Positions 18,213 to 29,042 of a stretch of 56,804 nt of DNA are shown here, one piece after another. The stretch is from a virus. Lineage: Duplodnaviria > Caudoviricetes. Numbering within the stretch: the stretch's first letter is position 1; every line of letters begins with the position of its first letter. Below the pieces are notes generated by a model that saw only the letters and a program-made list of their open reading frames with translations, was not told the origin of the DNA and did not search any database. Where the stretch lies: IMG/VR virus record IMGVR_UViG_3300017739_003809, positions 1 through 56,804 of that record; one strand, 5' to 3'. The position numbers were made by a program, and so were the translations under genes.

Positions 18213-19081
18213 GTGTAGAATTATTCAAAGCAGTACTCCCCACAGTTCAAAATGTATTTGAGGATGGTAGGCAACAAACTTTTTTTATAAAAGAACAGAT
18301 TCCTTTTGTAGAAGCACAAGTTACTGCTAATATTCCAACCCCTGAAAGTATATTAAATGTTTTACCTCCATTAACTACACCTAGCCAATTTAGAGAAATT
18401 CAAGCAAAATTTGTAAAGCTCAAAGAAGATTGTAAAAAAGTAGAAAGATTAATTGAAAGATTAATAAAACAAATAGATAGTGCCTTAGCAAAATTAGAAC
18501 AAATAGATAAAATATTTGGGACTATAGAAGGTTTTATGAGCCTATTAGCTGATTTAATTCCATTATTCAGAACTATAATAGGAATATCTCAAATAACCCT
18601 AGCAGGTCAAGTGTCATTTGCAGCAAGTGGTGTAGTTATTATTCGTGTAGGTGATGCTATTAAATTTTTAAAAGCTAAAATTAAAGAAATAAACGCTTTA
18701 AGAAAAATTACCCAACCTATAACTACACCTATCTTAAAAGAAACTAATGAGTTAAGAAACGAAGTATTATACCCAGTAAGAGCTAAACTCCAACAAATTC
18801 TTACAGAAATTAGGGCCAGGTGTTTTTATTTAGATTCAGTTTTAATAGAAAAACTTAAAGAATTAGAATTAGCTATGGCGCAAAATCCAGGGTCTGGAGG
18901 GGGCTTAGATGGCCCACAAGGGACTGGAATTTCTCAAAATACCGATGAAATAGTTAATCTTCTTTCTAGCCAAGTAGACCCCGAATTAATATTAGATAAT
19001 TTAGAAAATTCTAATAAACAAAAAGTTATAGAATATTTATACGAGAAAGGATTAACAGGATATCAAATAATTAGAAAATAA
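18209..19081 (+). CDS. coiled-coil baseplate-associated protein
   Basis: Long amphipathic helices with a central hydrophobic hairpin; lies between gp5-like and gp25-like genes. Confidence 0.6.
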   Translation: MSVELFKAVLPTVQNVFEDGRQQTFFIKEQIPFVEAQVTANIPTPESILNVLPPLTTPSQFREIQAKFVKLKEDCKKVERLIERLIKQIDSALAKLEQIDKIFGTIEGFMSLLADLIPLFRTIIGISQITLAGQVSFAASGVVIIRVGDAIKFLKAKIKEINALRKITQPITTPILKETNELRNEVLYPVRAKLQQILTEIRARCFYLDSVLIEKLKELELAMAQNPGSGGGLDGPQGTGISQNTDEIVNLLSSQVDPELILDNLENSNKQKVIEYLYEKGLTGYQIIRK

Positions 19082-19083
19082 TA

Positions 19084-19091
19084 TATTTATA
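19084..19091 (+). promoter_or_regulatory. putative late promoter TATTTATA
   Basis: Recurrent motif. Confidence 0.65.
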
Positions 19092-19103
19092 ATAAAGTAG
19101 ATC

Positions 19104-19460
19104 ATGAAATTAAATGCATTTGAAAAAATAATTAGAAAAGTTGTGCGTGAAGAAATTGATTATGCACTAAAACGTGAACTAACTTCTTTAAAAGAAGAAA
19201 TAGTTAAACCAAATCAAAATCTCCAGATTAAAGAATCTAATACATCTGAAATAAAAGAAGAATTTAGACAAAAAATCCAACAACAAATGCCTTCTTTTAA
19301 TACAGGCAATGGGACATTAGATTCATTATTAAATGAAACTGCTGTAACTCCCTCTTCTGAAGAAATATTTAATGTTAATGATCCAGTAAATCAATTTGCA
19401 AATAAAGATTATGGTCCATTAATGAAAGCTATGAATAAAAATAAAAATTTTAGGCCCTAA
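19104..19460 (+). CDS. hypothetical virion protein with IIRKVVREEI leader
   Basis: Leader resembles those of other late genes; LKE, IKE and LNE motifs. Confidence 0.7.
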   Translation: MKLNAFEKIIRKVVREEIDYALKRELTSLKEEIVKPNQNLQIKESNTSEIKEEFRQKIQQQMPSFNTGNGTLDSLLNETAVTPSSEEIFNVNDPVNQFANKDYGPLMKAMNKNKNFRP

Positions 19461-19873
19461 TGGCAATACGAAAAAAAATAGGATATAAAATTGATCCACT
19501 TGATTTAGATACGCGTAAAGCTATCGGAGTCAAAGTACCTTTTACTAAAAAAGGTATATTTCAATTTAATTATACTACAAAGGACCAAATTAAATCTAAT
19601 CTTATTAATCTTCTTTTAACTTCCCCAGGTGAAAGATATCATGAACCAACTTATGGAGTTGGGTTAAGAGATATATTATTTGAACCTAATTCAACTACGG
19701 CTCAAAAAATAAGTTCCTTAAAAGCAAGAATAGAACAAAACACATCTTTTCATATTCCCCAGATAGAAATAACTAATCTTAATGTTTCTCCTCAAGACAA
19801 AGAATTATTAGTACAAATAGCTTATAGAGTTTTATTAGATAATGATACAAACGAGATTTCTATAACATTATAA
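19460..19873 (+). CDS. baseplate wedge subunit, gp25-like
   Basis: QIKSNLINLLLTSPGERYHEPTYGVGLRDILFE. Confidence 0.92.
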   Translation: MAIRKKIGYKIDPLDLDTRKAIGVKVPFTKKGIFQFNYTTKDQIKSNLINLLLTSPGERYHEPTYGVGLRDILFEPNSTTAQKISSLKARIEQNTSFHIPQIEITNLNVSPQDKELLVQIAYRVLLDNDTNEISITL

Positions 19874-19876
19874 CAA

Positions 19877-21793
19877 ATGGCATATTCAAAAGTAAATAAT
19901 ACATCCGGTACTAATAAAAAAGATATTAAATATCTAAATAAAACGTATAATCAATTTAAGCAGGATTTAATTGAATTTAGTAAAAATTATTTTCCTGATT
20001 CATATAATGATTTTTCCGAAAGTAATCCAGGAATGATATTCCTTGAATTAGCTTCCTATGTTGGGGATGTACTATCTTTTTATACAGATACTCAAATCCA
20101 AGAAACTTTTATTGAATCAGCTCAAGAAAAATCAAATTTATTAGCTTTAGCTTATAATTTAGGTTATAAACCGGCTATAAGTAATCCTTCTTTTACTAAT
20201 GCTGATTTTTATATAACTATTCCGGCTAAAGGAACCGATCCATTTGAGCCAGATTACCAATACGCTATTACAGTTTTAAAAAATTCTATATTTGTTACTA
20301 GTGAAGCTATTCCAACACGATTTCTTCTTACTGAAGATATTAATTTCCAAAATAGTAGTTCACTTAACTCTACAGAAGTTTCATTATATACAAGAACAGG
20401 AAACCCTCAGATAAACGATGCAGGCAACCCAGAAAGTTACTTACTAAAAAAATCCGCTCGTGTTATAAGTGCTGAAATAAAAACAGCTACTTTTACATTA
20501 GGCCAATCCGAAAAGTTTTTAACTTTAGAAATTCCAGATGATAAAATAATAGGTATAGAATCCGTAATAGATTCTGATGGAAATTCATATTCTGAAGTAC
20601 CTTATTTAGCTCAAGATACAATATTTGAAGAAGTAAATAATGTAACAGAAAATAATCCTAATTTATCTACATATGGTGGAGATACTCCCTATTTGCTAAG
20701 ACTAAAAAAAGTACCTAAAAGATTTACTACCCGTTTTACTTCAAATAATATTCTACAATTACAATTTGGGGCTGGAAATACTTCAGGTGCAGATGAAGAA
20801 ATAATCCCCAATCCCGATAATGTGGGTTTAGGAGTAGCGGATAAAAGATCTCTAACAGATCTAGCCTTTGATCCTTCTAATTTTCTTTTTACTAAAGCAT
20901 ACGGAGAAGTTCCCTCTAATACTACTATTACAGTAAATTATTTAGTAGGAGGAGGAGTGAATTCTAATATTGAATCTAATGTACTTACTAAAACAGTAGA
21001 TGCTAAATTTTTTAGTGGAAATATTCAAGAACCTAATGGTATTATTACCAGTGTAAAAAATTCTTTCCAAATTAATAACCCCTTACCAGCAACTGGAGGT
21101 AGTGCCGGTGACTCAATAGAAGATATTAGACAAAATTCTATTGCTTCTGCAGGAGCCCAATTAAGAACTGTATCAAGGGAAGATTATATTATTAGAAGTC
21201 TTGCCATGCCTGCTAGGTTAGGTAGAATAGCAAAAGCTCATATCGTTAAAGACGATCAAATTACAGTTGAAAGTAGTGCAAAGATTTCTAATCCTAATGG
21301 ATTAAATTTATATACTTTATCTTATGATAAAAATAGAAACCTTACACAATTAAATCCGGCAACACGGCAAAATTTAATTAGTTATTTAGAGCAATATAGA
21401 ATGTTAACTGATTCTATTAATATTAAAGATGGTTTTATTATAAATGTAGGTGTAGAATTTGATATAGTAGCTTTTAAAAACTATAATAATGATCAAGTTC
21501 TTTTAAATTGCATTAATACCTTAAAAGATTACTTTAATATAGATAATTGGCAAATGAATCAACCTATAGTACTTAGTGAAGTATTTAATGTAATAGGATC
21601 AGTAGTAGGAGTACAAAATGTAGAAGATGTTAAACTAGTAAACAAAGCAGGAACTGCTTTAGGTTACTCTCAATATTCTTATGATTTTGACTCTGCGTTA
21701 ATTAATAATATTTTATATCCTTCTGTAGATGTAAGTATATTTGAAGTTAAATATCCAGATCAAGATATAGTAGGAAGAATAGTAAAATACTAA
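19877..21793 (+). CDS. baseplate wedge subunit, gp6-like
   Basis: YNDFSESNPGMIFLELASYVGDVLSFY, LAYNLGYKP, LQFGAG, GGSAGDSIEDIRQN, QLRTVSREDY. Confidence 0.92.
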   Translation: MAYSKVNNTSGTNKKDIKYLNKTYNQFKQDLIEFSKNYFPDSYNDFSESNPGMIFLELASYVGDVLSFYTDTQIQETFIESAQEKSNLLALAYNLGYKPAISNPSFTNADFYITIPAKGTDPFEPDYQYAITVLKNSIFVTSEAIPTRFLLTEDINFQNSSSLNSTEVSLYTRTGNPQINDAGNPESYLLKKSARVISAEIKTATFTLGQSEKFLTLEIPDDKIIGIESVIDSDGNSYSEVPYLAQDTIFEEVNNVTENNPNLSTYGGDTPYLLRLKKVPKRFTTRFTSNNILQLQFGAGNTSGADEEIIPNPDNVGLGVADKRSLTDLAFDPSNFLFTKAYGEVPSNTTITVNYLVGGGVNSNIESNVLTKTVDAKFFSGNIQEPNGIITSVKNSFQINNPLPATGGSAGDSIEDIRQNSIASAGAQLRTVSREDYIIRSLAMPARLGRIAKAHIVKDDQITVESSAKISNPNGLNLYTLSYDKNRNLTQLNPATRQNLISYLEQYRMLTDSINIKDGFIINVGVEFDIVAFKNYNNDQVLLNCINTLKDYFNIDNWQMNQPIVLSEVFNVIGSVVGVQNVEDVKLVNKAGTALGYSQYSYDFDSALINNILYPSVDVSIFEVKYPDQDIVGRIVKY

Positions 21794-21795
21794 TT

Positions 21796-22941
21796 ATGGC
21801 ATATCATTTTTTATACCCCGAAAAAGACTCTACAATATATTCTCATCCTAATAGAAGAGATTTAAATACAGGTATTGTAGAAACTTTAGCATTAGATTCT
21901 GAAAAAGGGATTAATGATAGTTTATATTATCCTCCTAGAATACTTTTACAATTTAAGGATTCAGAACTAAAAACAGTACTAAAAGATAAAGTATCTGGTA
22001 ATTTTTCGGCTAGTTTAAAATTATATGCTACTGAGTTTAGTAAAAATTTACCCATAACCCAAACAGTAGAACTATATCCCCTATCAGAATCATGGAATAA
22101 TGGTACACAAAGGTATAATGACCATCCTAACTTTAATGGGATTATTAGTAATGGATGTTCATGGTTATATAAAGATAATGGAACAGATAAAACCTCATGG
22201 GGTACTTTAACTACAGGAGTAACTGGGAGTTTTTCGGGTAGTGCTATCCCTTCTGGTGGTTTATGGTATACAGGTAGTGGTTTTGAAACCACCCAATCTA
22301 TAGGCATAACTAATAATTTTGATTTAGATTTTAATATTACCAACCAAATTAAAAAGTTTTCTTCAAGCCTATTTTTATCACAAACATACCCTGATGGCAT
22401 TCCTAATAATGGATTTATTCTCTTAAGAGAAAACGATATATTTAATAATTCAACAGATCAGGGGTGCCTAAAATACTTTTCAGTAGATACTCATACTATT
22501 TTTTCTCCTACTTTAACTATTAAGTGGGACGATTCCAGTTATGTAACAAGTAGTGGAGCAACTGCACTAGACAGTGGTAAAATACAAGTAAGCATTAATA
22601 ATAATAGAGGAGAATACAGACAAACGGAAGAAAAAACTTTTAGGATTAGTTCTAGAAAACAATATCCTACTAGAACATTTACAACTTCTTCAAACTTTTT
22701 AAATGTAAATTATTTAACAGCTAATTCATATTATAGTATAGAAGATTATACATCTAAAGAAACCATTATACCTTTTGATACTAGTTATACTAAATTAAGC
22801 GCAGATTCTGAGGGAATGTTTTTTAAATTAAATATGCAAGGTTTACAACCTGAAAGATATTATAGAATTTTAATCCGCCATGATAATAATGATGGAATTC
22901 AAATTTATGATGACAATTATTATTTTAAAGTAACTAGATAA
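21796..22941 (+). CDS. baseplate/tail structural protein
   Basis: Beta-rich; EKDSTIYS...ESWNNG...PTLTIKWDD pattern; context. Confidence 0.7.
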   Translation: MAYHFLYPEKDSTIYSHPNRRDLNTGIVETLALDSEKGINDSLYYPPRILLQFKDSELKTVLKDKVSGNFSASLKLYATEFSKNLPITQTVELYPLSESWNNGTQRYNDHPNFNGIISNGCSWLYKDNGTDKTSWGTLTTGVTGSFSGSAIPSGGLWYTGSGFETTQSIGITNNFDLDFNITNQIKKFSSSLFLSQTYPDGIPNNGFILLRENDIFNNSTDQGCLKYFSVDTHTIFSPTLTIKWDDSSYVTSSGATALDSGKIQVSINNNRGEYRQTEEKTFRISSRKQYPTRTFTTSSNFLNVNYLTANSYYSIEDYTSKETIIPFDTSYTKLSADSEGMFFKLNMQGLQPERYYRILIRHDNNDGIQIYDDNYYFKVTR

Positions 22942-23732
22942 TGGCTCAAAATATTTCTATAAGAAAAAATATTTATGATAGTTCTAAATTTAAAGAAGTA
23001 GTTAATACTAATTTTTCTGAATTATTTAATTCACAAGATAATTTTAATATTGATGATTTTTTTAATCAGTATAATAGATTATTCACTGAAATACCATTAA
23101 CTGGTCAATCTAGCCATGCTGAATTAATTAGAAGAAGTACTGAATATTTAGGCCCTGTAGGACCAGATGCTAAAGATCAACAAATTAGTAGTTTACAAGA
23201 CCAAATAAAAGATTTATTAGAACAGCTTCAGGAAGCTAATCAACCAGATGTTTCTACTGTAAGAGAACATCCTAGATTTTCTAATGGTTCTGTTATAAGA
23301 AGAAGCGAAAATAGCGCTGCAGGGTGGCCTGATGTATTTGTTATGGACCAGGGTTTTAAAAGGGCTTTATTCTTTTCAGGTGATCCTGAATTATATAGTT
23401 CTTTCTTAAAATTGTCTGGTTATACTTCAGATAACCCACCCCCAAGAGTACCAGATATTATAATTGATGATATCCCCACAGGTGAACCTTTAACTGAACA
23501 AAATTTCAATGATGAGTTTAGACCGCCAAAAGGAAGTTTTGAAGCTGAAGAATTTAGAATTTCTCTCGATCCTACAGATGCTGCTTTAAATTTTGATAAG
23601 TATGATGGAGACGTAGAAAGATATAGAGATGCATTAAATAAAGATTTTGACGAAAAAACTAGTTTAATTATAGCCCTAGAAGAAAAAATTGAAGACTTTA
23701 ACAAACAAATTCAAAGTATAGCAGGAGGATAA
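22941..23732 (+). CDS. baseplate-region structural protein
   Basis: Coupled ORF in the baseplate operon, with coiled coils. Confidence 0.65.
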   Translation: MAQNISIRKNIYDSSKFKEVVNTNFSELFNSQDNFNIDDFFNQYNRLFTEIPLTGQSSHAELIRRSTEYLGPVGPDAKDQQISSLQDQIKDLLEQLQEANQPDVSTVREHPRFSNGSVIRRSENSAAGWPDVFVMDQGFKRALFFSGDPELYSSFLKLSGYTSDNPPPRVPDIIIDDIPTGEPLTEQNFNDEFRPPKGSFEAEEFRISLDPTDAALNFDKYDGDVERYRDALNKDFDEKTSLIIALEEKIEDFNKQIQSIAGG

Positions 23733-24343
23733 TGGCAAGAAAAAACCCAAATAGTCCAGTATTTAAAGAAACTATAGTTCTAACTGAAGAACAGGAACAG
23801 GCTATAGTTGACCTTAAAGCTGAAAGAGAAATATATAAAGAACAACTTAAAAGGGCTAGAAGAAAAAGAGGCAAAATAAAAGATATATTAGATAATTTTG
23901 AAGCCGTAGTAATTGGTGATGTTTTATTAGATGTTTTACCAGATGAAAATGCGGACGAAATTGTTAATTCAGTAATTATATCTAAAACCGACATTATAAA
24001 CGTATTAAATGGTTTTGATACTACAGAAATTACAGAAGAAGTCACAACTACTACCTTTGGTAGCACAACTACAAATGAAATAGTAGTAGGTACAGTATCT
24101 GGATACAGTGAAGGGCAAATTAATAGTGCTAAAGGTACATTAGATAGAATATTTAATAGTAGTACTATAAGAGAATTAATTAGTTTATCACCTATTTTAA
24201 ATGATGGTGAATTATACTCCCCTATTTATTTTCAAAGAATAAATGAAGTTGATGGAGGTCCAAATGGTAAAGAGTTATTAAGAGTAATTATAGAAGATAT
24301 AGAAACAACAACTAAAGAACCAACTACATCCTCAGCTACATGA
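23732..24343 (+). CDS. hypothetical structural protein
   Basis: Coupled ORF (TAATG and ATGA overlaps). Confidence 0.65.
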   Translation: MARKNPNSPVFKETIVLTEEQEQAIVDLKAEREIYKEQLKRARRKRGKIKDILDNFEAVVIGDVLLDVLPDENADEIVNSVIISKTDIINVLNGFDTTEITEEVTTTTFGSTTTNEIVVGTVSGYSEGQINSAKGTLDRIFNSSTIRELISLSPILNDGELYSPIYFQRINEVDGGPNGKELLRVIIEDIETTTKEPTTSSAT

Positions 24344-27300
24344 CTGTTACTTCAACTCAAATATTAGAACAAGTTAAACCAGAAGATAAAAGTTTACTTA
24401 AAAGTAAAACTTTAGTTAGAACTTTTGGAAAGGAAGAAGACTGTGTTGAATTACATGTATATGACTTAAATAACAATCTTCTAACATCAAATTATAATTT
24501 TGATAGTTATGAAATTCCCGATATAGACAATGAAGAAGGTTTATTTAGTGAAATTACTTTTAACCCTGATAGAGCATTAAGAAAATTAGGCTTTACTACA
24601 GGTAAGTATAAACTACAAATAAATTTTCACAGAAAACAAATATTAAATACTTCTGATAATTTATTTTTTATTGAATCTATTTCTCCTAATAGGACAGAAT
24701 TAAAAGTAAAACTTAAAGATGCAGATAACTTATCTTCATTATTATTTGCGGTAAATAACTTTATTGCGCTATTAGGTGATACTATTGAGGGCGTTTCTTA
24801 CTTTAAGGATTTTGCATTAAATCTTAATAATAATGTAGTTTTAACTGGAGTTAATTTTATAGCTGAGGAAGGAGTTAGTAACAGTTTTTTTATTAAACTT
24901 TACGAACCTTTACCTAATACCCTAAATGAAAAAACCCAATTTAGAGTTATTGAAGAACTTACGGATCCAATTGAATATATAATAGATTTAGGAGCCCCCG
25001 AAATTACTATAGATTCAACTGAACTAAGAGGACCTAATTTAAGAATAGATACACGTTTAAATTCGAGTACTCCTACTCAATATAGGGCCTATAATGATAT
25101 ATTATCATATGAAACAACTTCATCTTTAAATAATGTATTAAATGCACTATCCTCTAGTATTCCCATTTCTATAGAATATGATAATCCCATTACTGATTCA
25201 GGTTATACTTTTGAAAAATTTATACACTTTAGTTCTGCCGAAGAAAGATTAAGAAATTTTAAATATAAATTAGAATTAATAGAATTATATGACTCTAAAA
25301 GTGTTTTTTTAGAAACAAACGATTTACCTCTGCTTTCAAATGAAAAAGAAACAAATCAAGCTCTTAAATCTAAGATAATTAATGATTTTGATGGGTATGA
25401 AAGATTTTTATATTTTGAAAGTGGTACTTATGCTTGGCCTAAAAGTAATAATTTGGCTCCTTATAATTTAAAGTCTGTAACCTCTTCAGAAGCACTATCT
25501 TGGTTTGGAAATTTAAATGATATAGGATTATATGCGGGGGGGCAAATAACTAGTGCTTCCCAATTTGATGATGAAAATCCATATATTTTAAGAAATACTC
25601 TTCCCCAGTATATTATAGATAATAACCAAAATGAACAGTTTGTAACGTTTATTGATATGGTGGGTCAACACTTTGATAACATATGGTTATATATAGAAAA
25701 TATTACAGATAAAAATATTGCTCATAATAGTTTAAATGAAGGAATTTCAAAAGATTTAGTATTTAATGCTTTAAAAGAAAAAGGAATACCCGCATTTAAT
25801 CAATTTGAAAATTCAAATTTATTTAATTATTTTATAGGTGATAAAGGTATAGGTATATTAGGTGAATCTTCTGAAATTGCATTTCAGAATGTAGGTGATG
25901 TTCTTGATGAAGAAAGTGGCCTTCCTTTAACTTTTCCGGTAGATGTAACTCCTACTATTGTAAGTGCTTCAAACGAAAGAACCCCTTTACAGGATATAAG
26001 TAAGGAAGTATGGAAACGTTTATATCACAATGCTCCTTATTTATTAAAAACTAAAGGTACTGAAAGAGGTATTAAGGCTTTAATGGCGTGTTATGGAATA
26101 CCTGAAAGTATTTTACATGTTAAAGAATATGGGGGCCCTAATGCTGATAAATCAGGATTTAGAACCTTTAAATACCCAAAATCAACACAAGGTTTAGATA
26201 TTACTGGTGTAAATATTCCACAAAAATTAGAATTCACACACTTACCTCATAGCAATGCTACTGATACAGGTCCCAGAACTGTAGAATTTACAATAGTTCC
26301 TAACCATTATCTTGATGTTAATAATGGAAGAAATGTTATTATTACTGACAGGGCTGAAAGTAGTAATTATAGTTTAACCCCACACTTTAATTATTCAGGA
26401 TCAGGTAAATTTGATTTTGAAGATTTAAGTGGGTTAAAAGCTAGAGCATTAGATGAATATTCTCCTTGGTACCACGGGGGCCCTTTTACAGTATTTATGG
26501 ATACTACTAGTAATAATCATATCTTTGATATTAAAGTAGCTACATTTGTAGACAATGAATATATTGAAAATAATGATGCTGCTGCTACATTTTCAACCTT
26601 AGGAGATGACAGCGCGGGAAAAGCATTTGGTATAGGGGTAAATGGTGAAGTTCAAGCATTACTAAACATATCTTCTAGTTTTACTGTTCAACACTTTAAA
26701 GTTTACACTAGTTCATTAAGTCTAGAAACTAGAAAAATACATACTAAAGACCCTTCTATAATTGCGGGTAATGATACTTCTTCTCTCTTTGATAAGGAAT
26801 TACACTATTATAACCCGTTAGGAGGAAATTTAATCACAGAAAGCATAGGAACTCCAACAAACGAATCTCCCTATCATTTTAAAAACTATGCTATTAACCA
26901 AACGGCTGATGGAGCTGCGGGTACTATAAAAGCCATTAGTAATGTAGATTATAAATTTGTTACATATGATCATCATATAACAACTCCAGATACTGTAGGT
27001 TCTTCTATGGCATCTGAAAAAATTAGATTTGATCAAGGTACTATTCAAGATAATATATTATCTCCCTATATTAAAGCCGAAGAATCAGCTTTAGATAGAC
27101 AACCCCCTGATTTTTCTCACTTAGGTGTATTCTTTTCTCCTACATTTGAAATTAATGAAGATATTATATATAGTTTAGGAGGATTTAGATTAGATGATTT
27201 TATAGGAGACCCTAGACATTTAAATAGTAGTAGTTATACTGATTTAAAAAAAGTTAAACATGACTATTTTAAAGAAAAAGTAAAAGACAGATATAACTTT

Positions 27301-27642
27301 TTTGATTACTTAAGAACTATACAATTTTTTGATCATACTTTATTTAAAATAATTGAAGAATTTGTACCTGCTAAAGCCAACTTAAAAACAGGCTTAGTAG
27401 TAGAACCTCATTATTTAGAAAGAGATAAATTTACTTATGCTAATACAGATTTTTCTTCTATATCTTTTCCTGATATAAATTATACTTCAACATCTGGAAG
27501 TTTATCTGGAGAATATATATTATATACAAGTTCTATTAATGTAGAAGAAATCTTTTCAGATGTAACTGGGAGTTTCGAAAATAATTTTGTACATAATGCG
27601 ATTAGCAGCAAATATTTTAGAATAGCAGAAAATAGACAATAA
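24340..27642 (+). CDS. large baseplate wedge protein (gp7/P2 gpI-like motif)
   Basis: MVGQHFDNIWLY and LLKTKGTERGIKALMACYGIP wedge motif; FVPAKANLKTG. Confidence 0.75.
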   Translation: MTVTSTQILEQVKPEDKSLLKSKTLVRTFGKEEDCVELHVYDLNNNLLTSNYNFDSYEIPDIDNEEGLFSEITFNPDRALRKLGFTTGKYKLQINFHRKQILNTSDNLFFIESISPNRTELKVKLKDADNLSSLLFAVNNFIALLGDTIEGVSYFKDFALNLNNNVVLTGVNFIAEEGVSNSFFIKLYEPLPNTLNEKTQFRVIEELTDPIEYIIDLGAPEITIDSTELRGPNLRIDTRLNSSTPTQYRAYNDILSYETTSSLNNVLNALSSSIPISIEYDNPITDSGYTFEKFIHFSSAEERLRNFKYKLELIELYDSKSVFLETNDLPLLSNEKETNQALKSKIINDFDGYERFLYFESGTYAWPKSNNLAPYNLKSVTSSEALSWFGNLNDIGLYAGGQITSASQFDDENPYILRNTLPQYIIDNNQNEQFVTFIDMVGQHFDNIWLYIENITDKNIAHNSLNEGISKDLVFNALKEKGIPAFNQFENSNLFNYFIGDKGIGILGESSEIAFQNVGDVLDEESGLPLTFPVDVTPTIVSASNERTPLQDISKEVWKRLYHNAPYLLKTKGTERGIKALMACYGIPESILHVKEYGGPNADKSGFRTFKYPKSTQGLDITGVNIPQKLEFTHLPHSNATDTGPRTVEFTIVPNHYLDVNNGRNVIITDRAESSNYSLTPHFNYSGSGKFDFEDLSGLKARALDEYSPWYHGGPFTVFMDTTSNNHIFDIKVATFVDNEYIENNDAAATFSTLGDDSAGKAFGIGVNGEVQALLNISSSFTVQHFKVYTSSLSLETRKIHTKDPSIIAGNDTSSLFDKELHYYNPLGGNLITESIGTPTNESPYHFKNYAINQTADGAAGTIKAISNVDYKFVTYDHHITTPDTVGSSMASEKIRFDQGTIQDNILSPYIKAEESALDRQPPDFSHLGVFFSPTFEINEDIIYSLGGFRLDDFIGDPRHLNSSSYTDLKKVKHDYFKEKVKDRYNFFDYLRTIQFFDHTLFKIIEEFVPAKANLKTGLVVEPHYLERDKFTYANTDFSSISFPDINYTSTSGSLSGEYILYTSSINVEEIFSDVTGSFENNFVHNAISSKYFRIAENRQ

Positions 27643-27643
27643 C

Positions 27644-28381
27644 ATGCCACCAATTCAAACACCACCAACTTTTAATGCTGTTACTACTGGGTCTAAAGAA
27701 TTTTCAGTAGAACTTAATGATGCTGTTTTTGATACTAAGGCGTGGAGAACTAGTAGATATGATGGTAGTATAACTAAAACAACTACTATAAATAAAATAG
27801 ATATATCTAATGATATAACTTATGGTAAAACTACAGCAATTCAAAAATATTCTAGAAATATATATATTGGAACTAATATAGTAGGTATGGATAGTGAATT
27901 ATCACAAGAAGATAGTACATTAACTACTTACCCTAATTTTTCATATGCACAAACTAATGCTTTTATTACTATAGATGAAGATAATGAAGTAAATAAAACA
28001 GAAATAGAAGCTAATTTAAGTAATCCGGATGCTAAAAGAGGTTTTTATAGATCATTTCATGAAGATTTTCCTGAAGGGAATACATGTAAAATAATTATAT
28101 TAGACGAATCATTAAAACAAAACTTAGAAGATTTTTATTCTATATATTTTAATGGAGGAAGACTACAACACTTAGTTAGATTTGACTATGGGGGAGAAGG
28201 TTATAATGCTAATTATAATAAAACAGATAATACATTTATATATGCTACTAGTAGTGGTTTAATAAGTGCTAGTTCAGATATCATTAATAAAGATATACTT
28301 ATTGATGAATTCTTTACGGGATCATTAATTGAAAATGTACTTCTTTATGCCGGAGACCCACAATCACCACTTGGTAAATAA
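27644..28381 (+). CDS. tail/baseplate structural protein
   Basis: Operon context. Confidence 0.65.
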   Translation: MPPIQTPPTFNAVTTGSKEFSVELNDAVFDTKAWRTSRYDGSITKTTTINKIDISNDITYGKTTAIQKYSRNIYIGTNIVGMDSELSQEDSTLTTYPNFSYAQTNAFITIDEDNEVNKTEIEANLSNPDAKRGFYRSFHEDFPEGNTCKIIILDESLKQNLEDFYSIYFNGGRLQHLVRFDYGGEGYNANYNKTDNTFIYATSSGLISASSDIINKDILIDEFFTGSLIENVLLYAGDPQSPLGK

Positions 28382-28391
28382 TTAGAATATT

Positions 28392-29006
28392 ATGGCAACA
28401 TCACAAACATCTCTTCCTCAGTCGACTTCTACTAGTGGTATTACAGCGGGTTCTTTTGGAGAATTTTTTGATGCTGCATTTTCTTTTAGGGATAATGCTT
28501 TATATAGGGGGAATAAAAGATTTTTTATAACTTTCACCCCTACAGGAAGTTTCTTAGCAATTAGAACCACAGCAACAGGTAGTATTCCTAATGGAGAATC
28601 AGGATTACTTACTAGAAATTTAGCAGAATTATCTACAGGAGAATTATCTAGTATTAATAAAACTAGTTTTACTTTAAATCTTTCTGAAAAAACTCCCTTA
28701 AACCAAAATTACCAAGCTACAGGATCTGTAGATATTTCTCCCAATACAAAACCTAGCCCCCCATTATTTGAATCGGGCAGCTATGTAATCTCAAGATTAA
28801 ATGATTCGGTTCCTTCATTATTAATTAATTTACCTAAAAATCAACATTTATCTGATGGGTTAGGGGGAAGAGGTTTTATTATAATACCCGAAAATTTACA
28901 CCCTCATATAAAACGTAACTTAGTTCATTTTTTAGCTAAAGCTGGAATATCACTAGGGTTAGATCAGATACCCGCTTTAGATAGAACTTTTGAAAAATTA
29001 AAATGA
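28392..29006 (+). CDS. tail/baseplate structural protein
   Basis: Operon context; GFIIIPENL motif; TGS-rich. Confidence 0.65.
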   Translation: MATSQTSLPQSTSTSGITAGSFGEFFDAAFSFRDNALYRGNKRFFITFTPTGSFLAIRTTATGSIPNGESGLLTRNLAELSTGELSSINKTSFTLNLSEKTPLNQNYQATGSVDISPNTKPSPPLFESGSYVISRLNDSVPSLLINLPKNQHLSDGLGGRGFIIIPENLHPHIKRNLVHFLAKAGISLGLDQIPALDRTFEKLK

Positions 29007-29023
29007 TTTTTTGAATTTAATTA

Positions 29024-29031
29024 TATTTATA
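29024..29031 (+). promoter_or_regulatory. putative late promoter TATTTATA
   Basis: Recurrent motif. Confidence 0.65.
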
Positions 29032-29042
29032 CAAAAACACCA